From assembly GCA_964652255.1 (NCBI GenBank), contig CAZZBM010000001.1, forward strand, positions 440,920 to 504,919: DNA of 64,000 nt. Direction: 5' to 3'. Shown here piece after piece: positions 55,213 through 61,950 of this stretch. The position numbers and the translations under genes were made by a program. Numbering within the stretch: the stretch's first letter is position 1; each line of letters opens with the position of its first letter. This DNA comes from an uncultured bacterium. GTDB lineage: Bacteria > Bdellovibrionota > Bacteriovoracia > Bacteriovoracales > CAZZBM01. A model generated the notes under the pieces. That model was not told the origin of the DNA, ran no database searches, and was given only the letters and a program-made list of their open reading frames with translations.

Positions 55213-55759
55213 GATATTCTCCTGTTCTTGTATCTATTTTTAAAAAATCTCCTTCTTTAATAAATAAAGGAACTGAAATCTGCAACCCTGTTGTCATGAT
55301 AGCTTTTTTATAACCCCCAGTGGCACTATCACCTTTTAATCCAGGATCAGTTTCTTGAACAGCAAGATAAACAAAGTTAGGAAGCTCAATATGAAGAGGT
55401 TTTCCGTTATGATAAAGAAGCTGTAATTTAATTCCTTCTTGAAAATAAAGATGAAGATCACCAACTTGTTCTTTCGTTAAAAACAAGCTTTCAAAACTTT
55501 CTTGATCTAGAAAATGAAAACCTTCATGATCACTGTAAGTAAATTCTACTTCTTTTTGATCTAGATTAGGAATTTGTGCGGTATCAACACCTGCTTTAAA
55601 GGTTTTATCAATGACTTGACCTGTTTCTAGGTTTTTTAATCTCGTCCTTACAAAAGCTGATCCTTTACCAGGATTAACATGTTGATTTTCTACAATAAGA
55701 TAGACTTTTCCTTCTAGTTCTATTTTTAGACCTTTTTTAAAATCTGTGGTTTGATACAT
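55193..55759 (-). CDS. efp: Elongation factor P
   Basis: N-terminal FKKGLKIELEGKVYLIVENQHVNPGKGSAFVRTRLKNL. 188 aa. Confidence 0.95.
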   Translation of the reverse strand: MYQTTDFKKGLKIELEGKVYLIVENQHVNPGKGSAFVRTRLKNLETGQVIDKTFKAGVDTAQIPNLDQKEVEFTYSDHEGFHFLDQESFESLFLTKEQVGDLHLYFQEGIKLQLLYHNGKPLHIELPNFVYLAVQETDPGLKGDSATGGYKKAIMTTGLQISVPLFIKEGDFLKIDTRTGEYLERKKS

Positions 55760-55800
55760 GGCTCATCTTATAGCTAATAAAGATCTTTTTCGTCAAACTC

Positions 55801-55829
55801 TTGACAGAAAATAGGAAGATGTTTTAACT
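55801..55829 (+). promoter_or_regulatory. Candidate sigma70-like promoter for rplM-rpsI
   Basis: TTGACA (55801-55806), a 17-nt spacer, then TTAACT (55824-55829). The ATG lies only 11 nt after the -10 element, so the leader would be very short with no obvious Shine-Dalgarno sequence. Confidence 0.35.
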
Positions 55830-55840
55830 AAGAACAGTCT

Positions 55841-56290
55841 ATGTATAAGCAAAAAACAACTGTCTTAACAGAACAAGAGGCTTCTGAAAAAAATTGGATT
55901 CATCTTGATGCAACAAATGAAACTTTAGGTCGTCTGGCTTCAAGAATAGCTTTAATCTTAAGAGGAAAAAACAAGCCTCAATTCACTCCTAATCTTGATT
56001 CAGGAGATTATGTAGTCGTTACAAATGTAGAGAAAATTTCTTTAACAGGAAAAAAATGGAGTGATAAGCTTTACTTTTGGCACACTAATCATATAGGTGG
56101 AATCAAAAAAAGAACAGCACAGGAGCAACTAGAAAAACATCCTGAAAAACTTCTTTATGATGCTGTTCAAGGTATGCTTCCTAAGAATTCTTTGGGAAGA
56201 GCTCAATTAACAAAATTAAGATTATTTGTAGGTTCTAATCATGAGCATCAAGCTCAACAGCCTCAAACAATGAAGATTACAAAGGAATAA
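55841..56290 (+). CDS. rplM: 50S ribosomal protein L13
   Basis: N-terminal WIHLDATNETLGRLASRIALILRGKNKPQFTP. Confidence 0.95.
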   Translation: MYKQKTTVLTEQEASEKNWIHLDATNETLGRLASRIALILRGKNKPQFTPNLDSGDYVVVTNVEKISLTGKKWSDKLYFWHTNHIGGIKKRTAQEQLEKHPEKLLYDAVQGMLPKNSLGRAQLTKLRLFVGSNHEHQAQQPQTMKITKE

Positions 56291-56293
56291 AAA

Positions 56294-56698
56294 ATGGCTC
56301 CAAAAAAAGAACAAAAATACGTTGCAAGTGCTATTGGAAGAAGAAAAACTGCTGTTGCTAGATTATATCTACAAAAAGGATCTGAAACTCTTAGTATTAA
56401 TGATAGAAGCTTAGGTGAGTATTTTAATAAGCCCACAGATCAATATGTAGTTTTGCAACCACTAAGCCTTCTGCAATTAAAAAATTATAGTTTTTATGTT
56501 AATGTTCAAGGTGGAGGAACAACAGGTCAAGCTGGAGCTATTAGGTTAGCTCTATCAAGAGCTTTACTAAAAGTTGATCCTGCTTTTAAGGAGCCTTTAA
56601 AAAAAGCTGGGTTTCTAACAAGAGACTCTCGTAAAGTTGAAAGAAAAAAATATGGTTTAGCAGGAGCTAGACGAGCATTTCAATTTTCTAAGCGTTAA
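56294..56698 (+). CDS. rpsI: 30S ribosomal protein S9
   Basis: Motifs [19 protein letters not shown] and [25 protein letters not shown]. Confidence 0.95.
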   Translation: MAPKKEQKYVASAIGRRKTAVARLYLQKGSETLSINDRSLGEYFNKPTDQYVVLQPLSLLQLKNYSFYVNVQGGGTTGQAGAIRLALSRALLKVDPAFKEPLKKAGFLTRDSRKVERKKYGLAGARRAFQFSKR

Positions 56699-56703
56699 TC
56701 AAA

Positions 56704-58986
56704 ATGATTTTTTTGAAGGGAGCTTCAGAGCATACATTGAAAAATGTCTCTGTAGCTTTTCCTCTTCAAAAAATAACTTGTGTTTCTGGTCCTTCTGGAA
56801 GTGGAAAAACAACCCTTGTTTTTAAAACTCTTTTTGCTGAATCTCAAAGAAGATTTCTTAATTCTTTATCTACCAAGGGTCGTTTTTTTGCTAAAAAACC
56901 TTTGGCTCCAAAAATTGATAGTTTAGAGCCAGTTTTACCAAGTTTTGCTCTTTATCAGCATAATTCCATTCATTCTTCTAAAGAAACAGTAGCAACTTTT
57001 CTCACTCTAGAAGAAGATCTTGCTAGGTTTTACTATGAAGAAGGTTACTTGATTTGTCCTCAGCATGAACAACCTTTACTTAATCAATCTTTTGATCATC
57101 TTTTTTCTTCTGAAGATAGTTATGCTTTTTTGTTACCAAAAGATATTTATCAAGATTTTTTTCCTTTTCGTTATCCTACAAAAAGTTATCATGAGGGAGA
57201 GTTAAGGGATTTTTCAAAGGAAGATTCTTTGTGGCTTATGACTTATTTTTCTAAAGATGATGAAGTGTTAAAAGATTTTCCTTTGTCAGTGATAGAAAAT
57301 CTTATTGTTTTTAATTTAGTGAATAAAGAATTAAGTCCTATTAAAAAAAATTACTCTTGTCCTATTTGTCAAAAAAGTCCAAAACTTAAACACAGACACT
57401 TTGCTCTTTTTTTAAAAAAAAGTGCTTTAGGAGCTTGTCGTGAATGTCAAGGTTTTGGAGGAGTTTTATTTTGGGACGAAGATAAAATTTATCATCAAGA
57501 TGAAACTTTAGAACAAGGTGCTTTAGATTTTTTTTCTCTTGCCTTAATGCATCCTTATAAAAAAAAATTAGAAAATTACGCTTTAAAAAATCATTTATCT
57601 TTAGATAAAAAATTAAAAGATTTTTCTCAAAAGGAAAAAAACCTTTTACAAGTTTTTGTTCAAGATTGTTTAAATTTTTTAGAATCAAAAAGATATAAAC
57701 CTGCGGTTGCTTTTTATAGAAGAGCTAAAAAAAAAGAAATCACTTGTTCTACTTGTGAGGGTAATGGACATCATGAAGAATCTTTTTTCTATGCCTATAA
57801 AAATATTGCTTTTAAATCTTTATGGGATCAATCTTTGCAAGACTTGTCTTTAGATCATCCTTTAAAAAAAATTACTATTGATCTTGGATTAGGCTCTTTA
57901 AAGCTTTCTCAAAGAGTTAAAGCTCTTACTCCTTCAGAGTATCAAAAACTTTTATTAGCAAAATTTTTTTATTACCAAGGAACAGATGGTTTATTTTTGT
58001 TAGATGAACCTTCCTTGGGTTTGAGTTCTAAAGAAAAAGAAAATCTCTTAAAGTATTTAAAAGGTCTTTGCAAACAGGGTAATACTGTTATTCTTGTTGA
58101 GCATGATGAGTATTTTCAAAAAAACTCAGACCATCTCATTGTAATGGGTCCTAAAAGTGGTCAAGAGGGAGGTTTTGTTACTTATGAAGGCGATGTTTCT
58201 TCTTATAAATTTCCCAAAATTGAATATCCAAAATTATTAAAAACTGATGTTTTTTTTCAATCAACTTCTTGGAGAAAAAATTCTTTAGAGGTCTTTTCCC
58301 ATGAAGATTCTTATGAAAAAGCTATTAAAGATTTAAAAAAAGAATCTCTTGTTTTTTTAGATGGTCCTGGGAGTAGACAAATAACTTCTAGATCTAACAT
58401 AGGAACATTTTTAGAGCTGATGCAACCTCTAAAAGAAAAAATTTTTCCTAAAAAAAAGAAAAGAGAACTTTTTTCTTGTGAGACCTGTAAAGGATCTAAA
58501 GAAATCGTAACAAAACTGCTTTATTTAGAAGATTATGTTTATCCTTGTTCAGATTGTGAAGCTTTAGGGTTTGAAGAGAAGACTTTAAAAACTTTTTATG
58601 AAGGAAAAAGTTTTCAGGAGTATTTACTCAGTCCTTTAAAAGAATTGAGAAATATTTTTACAGGAAAAAAATATGAAGATTTATTCAAAGGAGCTGAGTT
58701 ATTAAATTTAGATCATCTTATTTTTTTTCGAGAAACTAATAGTTTATCTCGAGGAGAATTACAAAGAATCTTCTTGCTTAAAGAAACAATTTTCATTAAA
58801 GAATCTACTGTTTTTTTTATGGAAGATTTATCTTTTGGATTGTCTCATCAAGATTTGGTTAGTGTTGTTCACTATATTGAATTTTTAAATAAAAAAAATC
58901 ATAGTTTTTTTATTTATGATCAAAATGATTTCTGGGCTCATCTTTACAAAAATTCAAAACAATCTCATACTGAAGAAGTATGTTAA
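56704..58986 (+). CDS. UvrA-like ABC protein with a degenerate second nucleotide-binding site (760 aa)
   Basis: The N-terminal P-loop GPSGSGKTT, QRRFLNSLS, the CxxC zinc modules, LLDEPSLGLS and VEHDE are conserved. The second P-loop is absent (LVFLDGPGSRQITSRSNIG). Signature I reads LTPSEYQK. The second Walker B and H-loop read FFMEDLSFGL and IYDQND. Signature II, LSRGELQR, is retained. Confidence 0.7.
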   Translation: MIFLKGASEHTLKNVSVAFPLQKITCVSGPSGSGKTTLVFKTLFAESQRRFLNSLSTKGRFFAKKPLAPKIDSLEPVLPSFALYQHNSIHSSKETVATFLTLEEDLARFYYEEGYLICPQHEQPLLNQSFDHLFSSEDSYAFLLPKDIYQDFFPFRYPTKSYHEGELRDFSKEDSLWLMTYFSKDDEVLKDFPLSVIENLIVFNLVNKELSPIKKNYSCPICQKSPKLKHRHFALFLKKSALGACRECQGFGGVLFWDEDKIYHQDETLEQGALDFFSLALMHPYKKKLENYALKNHLSLDKKLKDFSQKEKNLLQVFVQDCLNFLESKRYKPAVAFYRRAKKKEITCSTCEGNGHHEESFFYAYKNIAFKSLWDQSLQDLSLDHPLKKITIDLGLGSLKLSQRVKALTPSEYQKLLLAKFFYYQGTDGLFLLDEPSLGLSSKEKENLLKYLKGLCKQGNTVILVEHDEYFQKNSDHLIVMGPKSGQEGGFVTYEGDVSSYKFPKIEYPKLLKTDVFFQSTSWRKNSLEVFSHEDSYEKAIKDLKKESLVFLDGPGSRQITSRSNIGTFLELMQPLKEKIFPKKKKRELFSCETCKGSKEIVTKLLYLEDYVYPCSDCEALGFEEKTLKTFYEGKSFQEYLLSPLKELRNIFTGKKYEDLFKGAELLNLDHLIFFRETNSLSRGELQRIFLLKETIFIKESTVFFMEDLSFGLSHQDLVSVVHYIEFLNKKNHSFFIYDQNDFWAHLYKNSKQSHTEEVC

Positions 58987-60356
58987 TCTTATTGCTTTTT
59001 GCTGAAGATAAAAGTTTAGATGTTCAAAATTTTAAATTAGGTCATTCTCTAGATTTACTCACTCTTGAAGAAGCCTTAAACCCTGTTTCTAGGTATGGTC
59101 AAAAAGGTTCCTTGTTACTAGGTTTAGGAGTGAATTATGCTAATAGTCCCTTTGTTGTTTTAGATGGAAATAAACAAGTGGTACAAAAATATTTTGTTAA
59201 AGATATTTTAGGTATAGATTTACATTTAGGTTATCGTTTTAAAAAAAGATATTTTATTGGATTATCAGGAGATTTTAGAAGAGTGACTTTGGGTGAAGGT
59301 GCTACAGATAAAGAACCTGCTGTTTGGACTTTTGCTGATCCAAAATTACTTTTGAAAGCAAGATTAACTTCAAATGAAGCAAGGTATGCTGTAGCCTTAG
59401 CTCTTTTTGGAACTTATCCCTTAGGTGATCCTTATTATTATGCTACAGATGTTGGTCCCACTATAGGATTATCTCTTTTAGCTGATTATTATATGGATAA
59501 TAAATTATTTTTTGCTACCAATGTTGGTGCTGTTTATGCTCATAAAGCTCAAATTCCACAATATAAAACGACTACAAGTACAGTGACAGGAATGGATATG
59601 AGAGTGAAAGGGGTGGGGGGCTTGGGACTTGGGTATCTTTTTCATGAAAATTTTAGTCTTCATACTGAATTTTCTGGAATGATGGCTTTACCTGATTTGG
59701 CACTACATAAGGCTTTAGATGGAATGCTTTATGCAAGGCTTTTTTTTAAAGGTTTTGCTCTGTATCTTGGAGGAGCTTTGCGTAGTTTAGAATTTTTAAA
59801 AAAACAAGATAATCAAGAGGGGGTAGATGGTTCGGCAGGAGAGTTTAAATATAGATTGTTTGCTGCTTTAAGATATGCTTATTTAGCTGAAGAAAAAGAA
59901 GAAGCACCGAAAGAAGTTTTACCAGAAGAACCCCTGCCTCTTCCAGAAGAGCCAATGCTATTAAGTACAGGAGAACCTATTGAAGTTATTGAAGAAGCTC
60001 CAGTGATCATACCTGTTGGTAGTAAAATTGGAACAGTGTATTTTGAATGGAATAGTTCTCACTTAACTCAAGAGACAAAAAAACAATTAGATGAGTTTAG
60101 TGAAAGAATAAGAAATCAATATAAAGAAAAATCTTTAAAAATTTCAGGACATACTGATGGTCGAGGTTCCAAAAGAACTAATGAGAAATTATCTAAAAAA
60201 AGAGCAGAGAATGTTAAAAATTATCTAATGAATAAAGGTTTAACAAATGAGATGAAAATTGAATCTCACAAAATACCTTTAAGGATTGAAATAGAAATTC
60301 CTGGTCAAGAAGAAACTTTTAAAATGAATCGAAGAGTGGAAATTTATGTGGAGTAG
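58980..60356 (+). CDS. OmpA-family outer-membrane protein, paralogue 1
   Basis: The C-terminal OmpA-like domain has TVYFEWNSSHL, ISGHTDGRGSKRTNEKLSKKRAENV and NRRVEIYV. A Pro/Glu-rich linker and an N-terminal beta-rich domain are present. The gene overlaps the UvrA-like gene by 7 nt. Confidence 0.75.
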   Translation: MLILLLFAEDKSLDVQNFKLGHSLDLLTLEEALNPVSRYGQKGSLLLGLGVNYANSPFVVLDGNKQVVQKYFVKDILGIDLHLGYRFKKRYFIGLSGDFRRVTLGEGATDKEPAVWTFADPKLLLKARLTSNEARYAVALALFGTYPLGDPYYYATDVGPTIGLSLLADYYMDNKLFFATNVGAVYAHKAQIPQYKTTTSTVTGMDMRVKGVGGLGLGYLFHENFSLHTEFSGMMALPDLALHKALDGMLYARLFFKGFALYLGGALRSLEFLKKQDNQEGVDGSAGEFKYRLFAALRYAYLAEEKEEAPKEVLPEEPLPLPEEPMLLSTGEPIEVIEEAPVIIPVGSKIGTVYFEWNSSHLTQETKKQLDEFSERIRNQYKEKSLKISGHTDGRGSKRTNEKLSKKRAENVKNYLMNKGLTNEMKIESHKIPLRIEIEIPGQEETFKMNRRVEIYVE

Positions 60357-60387
60357 AAAACTTTACAAAAGTTTTCTACTCTTTTAG
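60353..60387 (+). terminator. AT-rich hairpin/terminator between the OmpA paralogues
   Basis: The arms GTAGAAAACTTT and AAAGTTTTCTAC flank an ACA loop, giving a perfect 12-bp stem. The hairpin includes the stop codon and is followed by TCTTTT. G+C content is low, so the stability is modest. Confidence 0.45.
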
Positions 60388-60401
60388 AATTTGTATAAGA
60401 A

Positions 60402-61715
60402 ATGTTCTTTTTATTAGCAGAAGTTGCTTCTATTGATGTTCAGTATTATAAATTATCTCATTCTTTTGATACTCTTTTATTAGAAGAAGCTTTTAATCCT
60501 AAAAGTTTTTTTACTGAACGGGGACTTTTTCTAGGAGGAATAGGAGTTAATTATAGTAATAACTTACTCAGTCTTTTTAATCAAACAACTTCTAAAACTG
60601 AAAAGACTTTAGTGCAAAATGTTTTAGGTTTAGATTTGCACTTAGGTTTTTTATTTAAAAAAAGATTTTATTTAGGTTTTTCTGGAGATTTTAGACAAGT
60701 TGTTTTGGGTGAATCTCGTTTAGATAAAAATGGTCAAATAGCTAAGAAAGAAGCTTGGGTTTTTTCTGATCCCAAGGTTGTTTTAAAAATTAGATTAACT
60801 CCTCAAGATGTAAATTATGCTGTAAGTGTCATTCCTTTTTTTGGTTTTAAAGTTGGTGATCCCGTTTATTATGCTACGGATAATTCTTGGATTATGGGGT
60901 CAAAAATAGCTTTTGATTATTATTTTGATCAGCTTTTTATTGTTGTAAATGGTGGATATCAATACGCTCAAGAAGCAAAATTACCTGAGGAGATTACTGG
61001 CAATGAAACAACTAAGGTCACTTCAGCTATTCATAAGATTACCTATGGTTTAGGGGGAGGGTATTTTTTTAATCCTCTTTTTAGCCTTCATTCTGAGCTT
61101 CAAGGTGTAAGTATTCTTCCTTTTGATTTAAAGTATCAGGCTATTGATTGGTTGCTTTTTACAAGAATTAAATTTAATACGGTAGCTCTTTATCTTGGAG
61201 GAGCTTTTAGAGGAATTCAGAATTATCAAGAGAGTTCAAAAGATTCTGTAAGAATTAATTGGCGAGCTTTTGTGGCTTTAAGGGGTTTTTTTGGCTTTAA
61301 AGAGAAGACTATAGCTCCTAAGACAGAACCTGTTGTAGAAGCACCAGTGATTGTACAAGAGGTTAAAAAAGATCCATCTCCCTTGGGCACAGTTTTTTTT
61401 GGCACCAATCAAGCTAATTTAACTTCTCAAGCCCAAGAAACACTAAAACAAATTGCGGATAACATTCGTTCAAATTATTCTTCTAAGCTGATTGTTTTAG
61501 AGGGGCATACAGATAGTCGAGGATCTTTAAGGCATCATGAAGATTTATCTAGAAGAAGAGCTCAATCTGTTGAAAATTTTTTAAAAGCTCAAGGAGTAGA
61601 TAATTCTTTAGAAATAAGATTTAATGCTACGCCTAAAGTTTTAGTAGCTGAAGATCTTGAAACAGGATCAGGATTATCAGAAAACCGATGTGTGGAGATT
61701 TATGTTTTGGAATAA
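60402..61715 (+). CDS. OmpA-family outer-membrane protein, paralogue 2
   Basis: Same architecture as paralogue 1. The N-termini align (DVQYYKLSHSFDTLLLEEAFNP versus DVQNFKLGHSLDLLTLEEALNP). The C-terminal domain has LEGHTDSRGSLRHHEDLSRRRAQSV and NRCVEIYV. Confidence 0.75.
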   Translation: MFFLLAEVASIDVQYYKLSHSFDTLLLEEAFNPKSFFTERGLFLGGIGVNYSNNLLSLFNQTTSKTEKTLVQNVLGLDLHLGFLFKKRFYLGFSGDFRQVVLGESRLDKNGQIAKKEAWVFSDPKVVLKIRLTPQDVNYAVSVIPFFGFKVGDPVYYATDNSWIMGSKIAFDYYFDQLFIVVNGGYQYAQEAKLPEEITGNETTKVTSAIHKITYGLGGGYFFNPLFSLHSELQGVSILPFDLKYQAIDWLLFTRIKFNTVALYLGGAFRGIQNYQESSKDSVRINWRAFVALRGFFGFKEKTIAPKTEPVVEAPVIVQEVKKDPSPLGTVFFGTNQANLTSQAQETLKQIADNIRSNYSSKLIVLEGHTDSRGSLRHHEDLSRRRAQSVENFLKAQGVDNSLEIRFNATPKVLVAEDLETGSGLSENRCVEIYVLE

Positions 61716-61902
61716 TTTAGAGGGAACCTCCCTTCATATTACAGAAGAAGATAGAGGCTTGGCTTCCAGTATCAATATTCCTATGGAAATTTATCAGGGA
61801 GAATATCCTCCTTATTTAGTTTATGGGCTTATTTTTCTGGGAATTGTTTTGGTAATCCTTTTTTTTACCTATAAATATTTAAAATCTAGGAAAACTTTCT
61901 AG
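61702..61902 (+). CDS. Small single-TM protein (66 aa)
   Basis: The ATG at 61702 overlaps the end of OmpA paralogue 2. There is one C-terminal TM segment (YLVYGLIFLGIVLVILFF) followed by KYLKSRK. The track start at 61657 (TTG) lies deeper inside the upstream gene. Confidence 0.35.
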   Translation: MFWNNLEGTSLHITEEDRGLASSINIPMEIYQGEYPPYLVYGLIFLGIVLVILFFTYKYLKSRKTF

Positions 61903-61906
61903 AAAA

Positions 61907-61934
61907 CCCTTGTCTTTCATGCTTTTATCATCAT
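61907..61934 (+). promoter_or_regulatory. Putative heat-shock (sigma32-like) promoter of lon
   Basis: Reads CCCTTGTC, 14 nt, CATCAT. The architecture and spacing match the element upstream of hsp20. Confidence 0.35.
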
Positions 61935-61950
61935 ACTAAAAGATAGAACC

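Noticed and set aside
7811-61408. The supplied track lists 21 short ORFs nested inside or antisense to larger genes: 7811-8056(-), 15088-15294(-), 19368-19667(+), 21229-21417(-), 24171-24368(+), 25477-25698(-), 25652-25843(-), 29004-29273(-), 31693-31968(-), 31850-32065(+), 33323-33520(+), 33612-33800(-), 35900-36112(+), 42373-42600(-), 43085-43285(-), 43780-44010(-), 49537-49752(+), 49664-49852(+), 54811-55035(+), 57386-57688(-), 61226-61408(-).
   Set aside because: Each lies wholly or largely within a longer ORF that has clear family motifs. Their translations are low-complexity (Lys/Ile/Phe/Leu/Asn-rich), as expected from chance open frames in AT-rich DNA. None has a recognisable Shine-Dalgarno sequence or motif.
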